Positions 41,901-54,643 of a DNA stretch of 64,000 nt are shown in pieces. Where the stretch lies: assembly GCF_964355755.1 (NCBI RefSeq), contig NC_092672.1:35222437-35286436 (forward strand). Direction: 5' to 3'. Numbering within the stretch: the stretch's first letter is position 1; each line of letters opens with the position of its first letter. Position numbers and translations under genes: made by a program. This stretch comes from Antedon mediterranea (taxonomy: Eukaryota; Animalia; Echinodermata). The notes under the pieces were generated by a model that was given only the letters and a program-made list of their open reading frames with translations, made no database searches and had not been told where the DNA came from.

Positions 41901-42666
41901 TATAGGATTCAATTACAACCTTCAAATGACACATTTTTTGGATGTTATATAAAACAAATAATGAATGTTTTTATATTGTGCAATGGAACATATTAGTTTT
42001 GTGAAAAGTGAAATGTTCTATTTTACCTCATGAAAATATTTTTACCATTGCACTCATAAACATTCATTATTTGTATAATATGCAGTGTTAGATTTTTACT
42101 GTATATTGTCATTTTGTTTTAAAAATGTTTAATGCTAACCGTCTGTCAGATTGCATTTCATACATTTATCCTTTTTATTGTTTGGTTAAAAACATTAATG
42201 TACTTTGTCCAAAATCTACTTAGGTTTACCAATATATTGTATTAGTTTTGTCAAATTTTTAAAAATGTATTATTTATTCTGTGTAGAATGACGTTATTTT
42301 TGTATTGTATTTGTAATGGTATAAAGTTATATATATACATATTTTATCAGTATATGAAAAATTTAATGTATTACCACAAAGAAATATTATTTTATTAGCA
42401 TAATAATAAATATTGATAATTTTAATTTGTATATATTAAAAATATTTGTTTCCATAATTCATAAAACAATACCGGATAAAGGGCAACAGAGTGACCAAAA
42501 CGTTATTAATTTAGTTAGTATTTAATTTCACACTTATTACATATGAAAGATGATAAAAAAGTATGTAAAAGAATAGGCAGAGAGAGTTCCCAAATGCTTA
42601 TAAAATTAAAAATTAGTAAAATATTGAAATATATTGGAACAGTGATCCTGTAATGTATGGTATGTA

Positions 42667-42810
42667 AAGCTCTGTTTACACTATCATACTAGTGTGCCCA
42701 AATATGGTAATGCTATACCCAAATATGGTAACGATTTGATATCATCTTGTCCATATATGAGCACCACACATTTTGTTTGTCACATAAAGTTTGATATTGT
42801 AGACAGAGCA
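42667..42810. mobile_element. MITE family 1 copy
   Basis: Family TIR and internal repeats. Confidence 0.75.
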
Positions 42811-43363
42811 TTAGATTAATTTTTAACCACTTTAAGGAATTCATTTCGTAGCGTATCTATAATATTTATCAACTGTTGCCTAAGGAGTATAACATTGATT
42901 TTAACAAGTAGCTGCTTATTAATTATTAACTTAGCAAAGAATTATAACCTGTTGTGTTCCATGCATAATTTAACCTTTTATTGTAAATCATTATTAATTA
43001 AAACAAATATTTTTTGAATTTTACAATAAAATTTAATTGTAATAAAATTAGAGTACCAACATTTCAGAACTTATTGTTATTAGAAATTATGTAATTTTAT
43101 AATAAACATTAAATAATTTTTAAAATTGTCTTTATTAATAATTTTCTTAGTCATAAAATTTATATTATTAATGTAGCTATGGTATGTGTGTGTCTGTATC
43201 TGTAAATGTAGAAGTATAGAGATATATTATCTTTTTCACGTTGCAGTAAAGTTTATGTCCACACCACAAAAAAACGCTGGTGTTTGCCGCTCCATTTCGG
43301 AGTTTTTGAAGGGATATTATAATTCACTTTACTATATCTTTAAATTGTAATGTTGTGGTATTG

Positions 43364-43562
43364 ACCAGTTGTGAGGTTCCTGTTGGGTCAAGTTGTGAGG
43401 TTCTTGTTGGGCCCCATTGTGAGGTCCTTTTTTGGTCCAGTTGTGAAGTTCTTGTTGGGTCCAGTTGTGAGGTCCTTTTTGGGTCCAGTTGTGAAGTTCT
43501 TGTTGGGTCCAGTTGTGAGGTCCTTTTTGGGTCCAGTTGTGAAGTTCTTGTTGGCCAAGTTG
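43364..43562. repeat. 24-bp minisatellite with alternating variants (48-bp higher order)
   Basis: CCAGTTGTGAGGTCCTTTTTGGGT alternates with CCAGTTGTGAAGTTCTTGTTGGGT, about 8 units. Confidence 0.9.
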
Positions 43563-44536
43563 TCGGTTCTGGTGTTTGCCCATGATGAGGTCCTGTGGTA
43601 TCCAGTAGTCAAGATTGTGTATGTACATTTGTGTGTATTGAAATAATATTTTTAGAGGGGAATCCCCTTCTGCTTTGACCTTTGTACATCAAGGACAATT
43701 TAAATGTAATATAAAACACAATATTTATGTGTAATTTACATATATATGTTGCATGTGTGTGTGTGTTCATATTAACTTCTTAGCTGTGTATTTATTGTAC
43801 ATATTCATTTAAATCAGTCTATCAGGGTTTAGTACGTATGTTTATTTTAAAATGTGAGAATAAATTGTAATAGTAGTTTTGTTATAAATTTGTAATTGTT
43901 TTATTTATTGCATTTATATATTGTATCTTGCTGAGGATGTTATTGGCTTTATCCTAATAATTGAATTATACAACAGCTACATGGGGCCAAGGATGGCTAA
44001 TGAGTCCTCTGGGTCTTGAGTAACTTTTTGATTTGTGACCATCCTACTTCAGGATAGAATCCACCTCAAATTTATACCAATATATAACATTTAATAATTT
44101 CGTGCTGCAAAATATGACCATATTATTTAGGCAGGACCATTTCGTATTTTTATTTATAATTTACATGCAGAAATATATTATATAATATTATAATAATATG
44201 CACAATCATTTTTATAGTAAATCTATGGACTTTTCTGATAATTTAAATTACTTGTACAGCGCCCTCTCTTCTGATCGAACGATCGGTCGCCGATTGATTT
44301 TATTTTGTGAATGGAAAACCGATTCATCCGTGACCACTGAGCAGTTGTGTAAGTGTAAATTAAAGTTGTTTTTCATTTTATAAGCCTACTAAATCTTGAC
44401 ATTTGTATATATACTTCGATTTCAATTGTTAATAGTTGACTTACTGTACAGAATCGCTGTCATCTGCAAATCAGGCTAGGCTTGTCATTTGCCATAAATC
44501 TCTAGCTAGCCTAGCTAGGCCTAGTAGGCAGGCATC

Positions 44537-47500
44537 ATGGCAACAAACGGCGGCACACACCAACCACCGAGCAAGCATGTTGTCATGTGGGAACCGTCCT
44601 CTGTGGACAAGACCAAGATGGGACAATTCCGCCTCCGTATTAATCAAAGATACGGACTTAATCTTGGTAAGTTGCATAGTCTTCTACTGTTTTTACTTGT
44701 TTCATGTCGATGATGCAAAAGCAACTGCAGTTTCATCTTTCTCAGACTCGGTCTGGGTGGGAGGAAGGAAGAAGGGAGTAGGGACCCCTATTTCTGTGTG
44801 TGGGGGAAGTGCTGGTGGTAATTCCCTGTGTTTTTTTCAACGGAGGACATTTTTAGGTTTAATTAAGTTTAAGTAAAAATAAAGTTAGCTGTGTTTGATT
44901 TCTCCTGTCATACGTGTATTTTTTTTAGTGAATTCATTTTAAATTAATAACTGGTTTTTAATAATAATATACAAATAATAGTATTTATCATTTTGTTTAT
45001 CAATTAATTTTTTTTTTAATTTGCTTGTTAATGTTAGTTATCAATTCAGATACAGGAGGACCTCTTCAGGACCTAAAAAGTATCCCCTTAATATAGGTTG
45101 TCCATTGTGTAAAAACATAACCCCTTATTTCACATCAATTCAAATCAAAGTGTCCCCTTAGTAGAAAAATGTCCCCTTAGTAGAAAAATGTTCCCTGAAT
45201 AGTTCCAAAGGATAGGCTCCATTGATGGCAACCTACATACCTTAACAGGTATATACCCTCAGATTTCACAAATAATTATTTATGATACCAGCAACTATTA
45301 ACCAGCTACTGTTTACTCAATCCTAAACAACAAGACTTTCACATAAAATACAAATATACAAATATGAATTGCTATTTTTAAACGTTAATTTGTTCAATTC
45401 ACAATAACATATGTATTCCATTAACAGATTATTCAATTTCTATTTAACCCACGTTGTAATAGGAATAAATGAGCTATAGATAAAGTTTGAAGTTTTAAAA
45501 TATAAAGTTTTTTTTATGATTAAAAACCACATCATACTATTGACAATCTAATATATTAAATATAGTTTATATAAATTCAATTTTGTAGGCATTTAATTTG
45601 ATTATGACAATTGAATCCATTTCTCCAGAAACACTATTAAGTATTTACCTAAACATTTTTTTGGTGTTTTAATTATTTAACGTTTATCATTTGTACAATT
45701 AATGCTATTGATGATGTGGCAATGCTTATCAACCATATAGAATATTACAAATGAATGGAAAAATTCTATAGTGGCATTAGCCAATCAGAGTGCTCCTTTT
45801 GAGACACACCTTTGACAAGCCTCCTGTCATGGTTCACTGATTTCAAAACACTTGTTGCTAGATCTGTGTCATCATTTTTGTGCATGCTGGTATAAACGGA
45901 ATGAATAAGAGGATTTAGATACCAACAAAGTAATTGTTGAATAATTTAAATTATACAGTACACAAATAATTGAATAATATTCATAGCTTTCAAAAGGTCA
46001 CACAAATATATTTTCTACTTTTGAACAATAGTTTTTATATGAATGGAGCAACAATTGTTGGAAATATTTTTTGTTATTTGGTATAATGATGATTAAAATG
46101 ATGATTATAAATTACATTTTCTTGTGTAGCATGTTATGATGACTTGTACAAATGGTCGGTCAAGAATTATTCTGCATTTTGGAAAGAATGCTGGGAATTT
46201 GTTGGTATCAAATGTTCTAAAACCTATGACCAAGTAAGTTTTAAAATTCACATTTGGTAGAAGTTCTTGTCTTCTGTCTAATCTCATAATAATAGGGTAC
46301 TATAATATATCATGTATATTTGTGAATAAACGTTCATTATTATTTAATAAAGGAAAAACTATGTGTTTATCAGTATACATATCTAAATGCATAATATAAT
46401 GCGTATTAAATGAAGTGTTTAAATTTGATTTCTTAAGGTTGTTGACGTGACCAAAGGTATCGCTGAAGTGCCGACATGGTTTGAGGGATCGCTATTGAAC
46501 TTTGCCGAGAACCTCTTGCGATATGATGATGACCGTGTTGCTATCTATGCCACAGGTAGTTTTGTGTTTTATTGAATCTTAGAGAAAACATGTATTTAAA
46601 AAAGCCTTTAAAATTCACTTATTAATGTATGTGTATGTTTGTCTTGAAGTGAACATTTTTAGGCCTAAGAAAGGAAAATGTTTTTTGTATTGTCATTTTA
46701 AAATAAAGAAGTAAATAAGATAATTTTGATGTATTTACAAAAAAACTAAGTTTGTAATCTTTTAAGGTGAGGGTCAAGATTCTGTGGAGAAAACAACTTT
46801 CAAAGAGCTACGAGCAAACGTAACAAAGTATGCTGCAGCAATGCGAAAGATGGGTGTAAAGAAGGGCGATAGAGTAGTTGGTAAGAGACAGGTTATTGAT
46901 TAAGAGACAGGTTATTGATTATTGAATAAGAGACAGGTTATTGATTATTGATTAAGGAACAGGTTATTGATTAAGAGACAGATTATTGATTAAGAGAAAA
47001 GTTATTGATTATTGATTAAGACGCAGGTTATTGATTATTGAATAAGAGACAAATTATTAAGAGACATGTTATTGATTAAGAGACAGGTTATTGAATAAGA
47101 GACAGGTTATTGATTATTGATTAAGAGACAGGTTATTGATTATTGAATAAGAGACAGGTTATTGATTAAGAGACAGGTTATTGATTAAGACTAGAGACAG
47201 ATTTCTGATTTTTAATGCTAAAAATCTATACTACCAATGTCATAGGTGAGGGAATTCTTTATGTTCAGTAGTTTATATTGCTTCAAAGGTTGGAAAAACA
47301 TCTTCAAATTTGCCAGCCATAGCTCAAATGGAATATCATTTTCTGCATTATTATAGAAATATGCAACAAATGTGTATATCCAAGAAGTAATGTTAAAACA
47401 CAACTATTTGCATATCAGCAATACACATATGGTAACAGTATGTGCTATTTTATTGATTTTTTCTTAGGTTACATATCTAACTGTCCTGCAGCTGTGGAAG

Positions 47501-50500
47501 CTATGCTAGCTGCGGCCAGTATAGGAGCTGTGTGGAGCTCAACATCGCCTGATTTTGGGGTTTCTGTGAGTATCAACAAAATTACTACTAATACCTCACA
47601 TTATATAACCAGATGGTTTTAGTTCATGCTTTTCACCATTCATGATTTTACCAACATATAACATACATACATAAATGTCTGTGTGAAATTATCTTTATTT
47701 ACACTGAAAAAAATAATTTTTCAGAATTTCATGTCATTTTAATGTCACACAATAGTTGTTCAATTTGACCAAAAATTGGATCAAAACAAAAAATATTTAC
47801 CTGAAAAAATAATTTTTCAGAATTTCATGTTATTTTAATGTCACACAATAATTGTTCAATTTGACCAAAAATTGGATCAAAACAAAAAATATTTACCTGA
47901 AAAAACTGTAATTTAAAGCAAAAAATAGTCAAGTTGTCTGTCAGACAATTGGTTTTTGGTTGAATTTAACTGTTTATTTTTTCTTTTTATAATGAAAACA
48001 TTTTTATTCTACGGAAGTGATTACCTTTCTTAAAACTACAAACGGCCTATTCAAAGTTTGATTTTTTTAATCTTAATTTTTTCATGTTGTTTGGGGACAA
48101 TACATCTTTAAATTATATTGTTTTTAAGCACACATTTTCAGCATACATTAATAAATCTGTTATCTCTAATTAGACACTTTATTGTATTTATATACTCATA
48201 ACGATATTAAATCAAGCAATTTTATTCTGTTAGGGTGTTTTAAGTAGATTTAGTCAAATTCAACCAAAGTTAATCTTCTCCGTCAATGCTGTGGTGTACA
48301 ACGGTAAAACACACAATCATTTTGACAAGTTGAAGAATGTTGTACAAGAACTAAACAACATTGAAAAGGTCGTAATCATACCGTTTGTGGGTAAAGAAGA
48401 GGACATTCAAATGCCCAATATTAAAAACAGGTTTGTTGAGCTTTAGATATTGTTATTTTGTTTTTAACGCCTGTCTATGTACACTATCAAACTAGTTTCA
48501 CAAAAAAAGTATAATGTGCCCAAATATGGTAGTGATATACCCAAATATGGTAGGGGCTGAAGGTGTGGTGTTGTGGCTTTGTGGTTATGATGCTTGGCTA
48601 CCAATCCAAGAGTCCTGGGTTCAAGTCCTAATTCAAGATTTTTTCTAATGATAAATTACAACTCAACTACCAAAAACTTGTAATAAGACTTTGTTTATGT
48701 AGAGCATCTTGTATATATGTTTGTCTTGTGAACAGGATTGCCACCTTTAAGAAGGATAGTGAAGGAATTCACTTATGGTTATTTTTGGCAATTTGCCTAA
48801 TATAAGAAAAGCAACATTTAGAAAATTATTTTTTTTTTTTAAAAACATTGTATTTAAATTTCAATCATTACCAATTATGTCTATTTTATTGCAGTGTTCT
48901 TCTCTCTGAGTTCCTGAAATCTGGGTGTCGGACTGACGGTACCTACCCACCTCTCACCTTTGAGCAGCTTCCATTTAATCACCCACTTTACATTATGTAT
49001 TCTTCTGGTACCACTGGTGAACCCAAGTGTATGGTACATTCTGCTGGTGTAAGTATATAAAATAGATTTTACCTAATACAGTAGTATTGTGTTGTGAAAA
49101 CTCCTTACTACTTTAAGCTCTATCTACACTATCAAACTTAATGTGATGTGCCCATATATGTATATGATGATGTCATATCACTACCATATTTGAGCATATC
49201 ACTACCATATTTGGGCACATTTTTTGTCAAATTAGTTTCATAGTGTAGACAGAGCTTTAGGACATGATGACCAAATTGTAGATTGACTCCCTAGCAAAGT
49301 GTTGATATTTTGTAAATGCAGTGTATCTTATATAACTATTCCTTTCAGGGTACATTACTCCAGCATCTTAAGGAGCATGTTCTACATGGCAATATGACAA
49401 GAGATGATAACATTATGTATTTTACAACAGTAAGTTAACCACGTTAATTTAATTCTTTTAAAAACTGGTCATATCAAGTGTACACTGTATAATAATGATA
49501 ACAATGTTAGTCTTGTATATAGTCTAATGCAATGTTTCTAAGCACTTTAATGACCCATAAAATATCAAAAGATAGCCAAAAAAAACCCCAAAAAAACAGA
49601 GAAACGATTTACAGCATTCAGTTCTCCAGAACTTTGAAGCTCCCCTATGAGAGTTCACCGGAACAGTATTCACAGGAGCTTGAGTGAAAAAGGTGTCTGT
49701 CTATCCTATCCTACCAAAAAAGTAAAGAAAAGCAGAGGAACCATTTATACCACTCTGTTCTCCAGCACTTTGAAGCTTCCATTTAAGAGCTCACCTGAAC
49801 AGTATTTATAGAGGAGCTTGAGTAAAAACAATTACGTAGTCTGTCCTCTTCTTAAGTTTGGTTTTCTTTGTACTCTTTTTTTTAGACTGGTTGGATGATG
49901 TGGAATTGGCTTGTTAGCAGCCTCGCTGTCGGAGCTAGTATCGCCCTATATGATGGCTCACCTCTCATACCAAATGCTAATGTTCTCTGGGATTTTATTG
50001 ATGACATTGGGTAGGTAATAATATGTCTTTAACCCCTGTCTGTACAGTGATAGTTGTATGTTTGTAAGATGGTGAACTGACATGGTTGGTAGCCTTGTTA
50101 TTGGGTCAAGCATTGACCTTTCTCTCCTAAAGCTGTGTTTACATTATCAATGTGGAAAAAAAAATGTAATGAGCCCATATATGGACGTGATGATGTCATA
50201 TCACTACCATTTTTTAGCATATTACTACCATATTTGGGCATATCACACTTTTTTGTTATAGAAACTGCATCTGCTTCATGGTTTCTGTTGATATATATTT
50301 CAGTATGGGAAAAGTAAAATAAATCTTTTTATGGTGTCCTCTCCAAAATATTATATTTGTTTTTTTTCCTTTCTGTATTATTACACCATTTTTTGGTTGT
50401 TTTTTTTTTCAGAGTCTCAATTTTTGGAACAGGAGCTAAATGGTTGTCAGTTTTACGCGACAAAGAAGTTTATCCGGCCGAAACGCACAGTTTGAAAACT

Positions 50501-53500
50501 TTGCACACAATCCTGTCCACAGGTTCACCTCTGAACCCAGTTTGTTATGACTATGTTTATGAGCACGTCAAAAAGAACCTCCTGCTGGGCTCTATAACAG
50601 GTATGTTCACTCAATCAAGGCAATTATACAACAGGAGATCAAAGGGTTTATCTGTGGCTGCGACATGATCAGCTCTATGCCCATTACTGTACATGTACTG
50701 TATGTTGTGTTAGTGTTACGAGTTCTTATCTTGGCAAGGCGAGCTCAGTGTCCTGTTGTTAGATTGCCTTGATTCAATAATGTATTCCCTGGGATGAATT
50801 TCAAGTAAGATCTTACCTTTTTCTTAAGCCCTGTCTACACTATCAAACTTTATTTGTCAAAAAAATGTGATGTGCCCCATATATGGACATGATGATGTCA
50901 TATCACTACCATATGTGGGTATATCACTACCATATTTGGACACATCACACTTTTTTTGTCAAACTAGTGTAGACAGAGCTTTAGACTTTTACCATGCCTA
51001 AAGTTAATATGAATGAACTTCCTAATGTGGCATATTTATTATAACCTCACAGATGAAATCCATTGTTAGTACCTTGTAAAATTATTGTGACTGTTTTTGG
51101 TTGAGTATTATTATACAACTAGTTCTTTAAGATGCTATTATTTTTGTATACAGGTGGTACTGATATAATCTCTTGTTTTGCTGGTCAGAACTGGACAGTA
51201 CCGGTGGTACGAGGTGAGGTCCAGTGCAGGAACCTTGGCATGGCCATTGAAAGCTGGAATGAACATGGTACCAAATTTATCATTTTGTGTCTCACTTTTA
51301 TTCTTCCTTATTATATTATAAATGTTGTGTTACAAAATGCTAATATCTTTTATTATTTGTTGAACAGTGTTATGTAGTATAAAGCTCTGTCTAAAATATC
51401 AAACTATTTTGACAAAAAAAGTGATAGTGTAGACAGAGCTTAAGAAAGTTTGTGTTTTACAGGTCAGCCTATATTTGATGAAAGTGGTGAATTGGTATGT
51501 ACCAAGCCGTTCCCCTCGCAGCCTACATGCTTCTGGAACGACGAAGACTGTATCAAATATCAGAAAGCTTACTTTACTAAATTTCCAGGTAACCGAGTTT
51601 TGACCATTTGGAACAAATATTCAAAAATGTTAATATTCTAATTTAAACCACCCAGAATGGCAGTGATAAATAATAAAAATATATAATAATAATTTGTTAA
51701 TGTTTTATTCAGGTGTTTGGGCACATGGAGATTTCTGTACTATCAATTCACAAACTGGTGGAATCATAATGCAAGGGAGAAGGTAATATGAGATGACTAT
51801 CGCCTTCCTTCCCACAATGCACCTTTCATTTTCTTCCTTCTTTTTTTCTATTTCTCCTCTTCTGCTTGCTTGTCCATTTTTCACAATTTATGGCCAACTA
51901 TCCATCATAAATTTCTGTATAAATTCATTCATTTAATTTTGTATTGTTATTTTTTTCTGGTAGTGATAGAATACTAAATCCAAATGGTGTAAGATTTGGT
52001 AAAATGAGATAACTACGCCCCTTCCTTCCCACAATGCACCCTTTTTGCATCCTTCCTTTTATCTATTTCTTCTTTTCTTTTTACTTGCCTATTTCTTTTA
52101 TAGTTTATGCCTAACTATTCATCATAATAGATGTTCTCTGTATAAATTATTTTTATTCTGTTTTTTTTTGGTAGTGATGGAACACTAAATCCAAATGGTG
52201 TGAGATTTGGTAGTTCAGATATTTACTCTATTAGTAAGTGTAAAACAGTTTATCCTAAAAGTAATTTATGCAAATCTTATTCCCACAAGTAGTTGATGCT
52301 TGAGGTACTGATAAATATTTAAATAGCGCCCGCAATATTCGTAACTATTTTGTACTGCATCCTATGTGTTTGTCACTCTATTGGCAATAGGCCCACCATA
52401 AATAAGACGGAAAAGTCTCAAATACAAAGTTTTACCCTCATTATTTGTAGAGTTTTTACATGTCTCAGAAATTATATCTCAAGTTAAGTCTTTGATATTT
52501 AATCATGAGTTAATCATATGCTACTGGCTAACTTTTGAGAGGCCTAAACAAATTTACTTTTCAGTTGAGCCGATGATAGAGATAGAGGACAGTCTTTGTG
52601 TTCCGCAGTACAACAGTCAACGAGAAGAAAGAGTTGTCTTGTTTCTAAAGATGTCAAAGGATTGTCCGTTTGATGACCATATTGTTAAAGCTGTTAAGAC
52701 TAAAATCAGACAAGGGTTGTCTGCTCGCCATATTCCCACCAAAATACTGCCCACTCAGGATATTCCTGTAAGTTTTTCATAAAAAATTGAATTGAAAAAT
52801 TGTTGATTTTAAAGCAATTTTTTACCTTCCTACAGCGTACATTTTTTAGTGTCTTTGAAATGCATTTAAGAGTCTTCAATTCTCCCATTTTACACTAATA
52901 AGGTTCTGTGCTGTATGATGCGTTCAGACACAAAATGATAGGGTTAGGGTAACACCATCAGTGTGAACAGGGTGTTAGTGATGCGCAGCAAATTTTACCT
53001 TCATTTAAGAGTCAGCATTTATAATGCATTTATACACAAAATGTTAGCGCCGACGTACACTAAAATGCTGTAACACTATCATAGTGAACAGGGTGTTAGT
53101 GATGCGCAGCAATGCTGTAACACCATCAGTGTGAACAGAGTGTTAGTGATGCGCAGCAATGCTGTAACACCATCAGAGTGAACAGGGTGTTAGTGATGCG
53201 CAGCAATGCTGTAACACTATCAGAGTGAACAGGGTGTTAGTGATGCGCAGCAATGCTGTAACACCATCAGAGTGAACAGAGTGTTAGTGATGCGCAGCAA
53301 TGCTGTAACACCATCAGTGTGAACAGAGTGTTAGTGATGCGCAGCAATGCTGTAACACCATCAGTGTGAACAGGGTGTTAGTGATGCGCAGCAATGCTGT
53401 AACACCATCAGTGTGAACAGGGTGTTAGTGATGCGCAGCAATGCTGTAACACCATCAGTGTGAACAGGGTGTTAGTGATGCGCAGCAATGCTGTAACACC

Positions 53501-54643
53501 ATCAGTGTGAACAGGGTGTTAGTGATGCGCAGCAATGCTGTAACACCATCAGTGTGAACAGGGTGTTAGTGATGCGCAGCAATGCTGTAACACCATCAGT
53601 GTGAACAGGGTGTTAGTGATGCGCAGCAATGCTGTAACACCATCAGTGTGAACAGGGTGTTAGTGATGCGCAGCAATGCTGTAACACCATCAGTGTGAAC
53701 AGGGTGTTAGTGATGCGCAGCAATGCTGTAACACCATCAGTGTGAACAGGGTGTTAGTGATGCGCAGCAATGCTGTAACACCATCAGTGTGAACAGGGTG
53801 TTAGTGATGCGCAGCAATGCTGTAACACCATCAGTGTGAACAGGGTGTTAGTGATGCGCAGCAATGCTGTAACACCATCAGTGTGAACAGGGTGTTAGTG
53901 ATGCGCAGCAATGCTGTAACACCATCAGTGTGAACAGGGTGTTAGTGATGCGCAGCAATGCTGTAACACCATCAGTGTGAACAGGGTGTTAGTGATGCGC
54001 AGCAATGCTGTAACACCATCAGTGTGAACAGGGTGTTAGTGATGCGCAGCAATGCTGTAACACCATCAGTGTGAACAGGGTGTTAGTGATGCGCAGCAAT
54101 GCTGTAACACCATCAGTGTGAACAGGGTGTTAGTGATGCGCAGCAATGCTGTAACACCATCAGTGTGAACAGGGTGTTAGTGATGCGCAGCAATGCTGTA
54201 ACACCATCAGTGTGAACAGGGTGTTAGTGATGCGCAGCAATGCTGTAACACCATCAGTGTGAACAGGGTGTTAGTGATGCGCAGCAATGCTGTAACACCA
54301 TCAGAGTGAACAGGGTGTTAGTGATGCGCAGCAATGCTGTAACACCATCAGTGTGAACAGGGTGTTAGTGATGCGCAGCAATGCTGTAACACCATCAGTG
54401 TGAACAGGGTGTTAGTGATGCGCAGCAATGCTGTAACACCATCAGTGTGAACAGGGTGTTAGTGATGCGCAGCAAACTAAATGAATGACTCTGTCTTTGT
54501 TTCAGTATACATTAAGTGGAAAGAAGGTTGAAGTTGCCGTAAAGAAGATTATAGCTGGCGAGTCGATTGAAAGTCGGGGAGCTTTCAAAAATCCAGAATC
54601 GCTCGATTTGTTTGAAAACATTTTAGAACTCCAGGACTTCTGA
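44537..54643 (+). CDS. AACS: Acetoacetyl-CoA synthetase (16 coding exons)
   Basis: Exons 44537-44666, 46130-46233, 46438-46555, 46767-46880, 47468-47565, 48234-48430, 48895-49048, 49349-49429, 49886-50010, 50413-50600, 51154-51267, 51463-51588, 51713-51782, 52175-52233, 52565-52767, 54506-54643. Motifs [82 protein letters not shown]. Confidence 0.96.
46882..47202. repeat. 19/26-bp minisatellite starting at the AACS intron-4 donor
   Basis: (TAAGAGACAGGTTATTGAT[TATTGAW])n. Confidence 0.9.
48553..48800 (+). mobile_element. tRNA-derived SINE next to a truncated MITE family 1 copy (48469-48552)
   Basis: TGTGGCTTTGTGGTTA (A-box-like) and GGGTTCAAGTCC (B-box). No complete cloverleaf. Confidence 0.55.
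49115..49257. mobile_element. MITE family 1 copy
   Basis: Family TIR and internal repeats. Confidence 0.8.
50613..50774. mobile_element. TIR element family 2 copy
   Basis: AATCAAGGCAAT...ATTGCCTTGATT termini and shared internal blocks. Confidence 0.7.
50826..50980. mobile_element. MITE family 1 copy
   Basis: Family TIR and internal repeats. Further partial copies at ~36440-36559, 37730-37854, 50129-50260, plus a 60-bp TIR-only copy at 51382-51441. Confidence 0.8.
51964..51998 (+). other. Partial duplicate (pseudo-exon) of AACS exon 14
   Basis: TGGTAG|TGATAGAATACTAAATCCAAATGGTGTAAGATTTG|GTAAAA versus the real exon GGTAG|TGATGGAACACTAAATCCAAATGGTGTGAGATTTGG. Part of a ~212-bp tandem duplication of intron 13. 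Confidence 0.8.
53063..54475. repeat. Homogeneous 47-bp tandem array (~30 copies) in the last AACS intron
   Basis: (AATGCTGTAACACCATCAGTGTGAACAGGGTGTTAGTGATGCGCAGC)n. An isolated unit lies at ~52949-52991. Confidence 0.97.

Noticed and set aside
42470-42510. Penelope-type hammerhead-like string (CCGGATAAAGGG...GACCAAAACGTT)
   Set aside because: The catalytic core CUGAUGA/GAAA is not intact and the stems are not convincing.
44436-44876. 146-aa ORF at the AACS 5' end
   Set aside because: Non-ATG start and a different frame from the real AACS exon 1 (44537-44666).
47700-49830. Local direct duplications in AACS introns (~47703-47900 and ~49620-49825)
   Set aside because: Ordinary intronic tandem duplications with no exon or splice-site content.
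53063-54475. CRISPR-like appearance of the regular palindromic repeat
   Set aside because: Units are head-to-tail with no unique spacers, there are no cas genes, and it lies in a spliceosomal intron.
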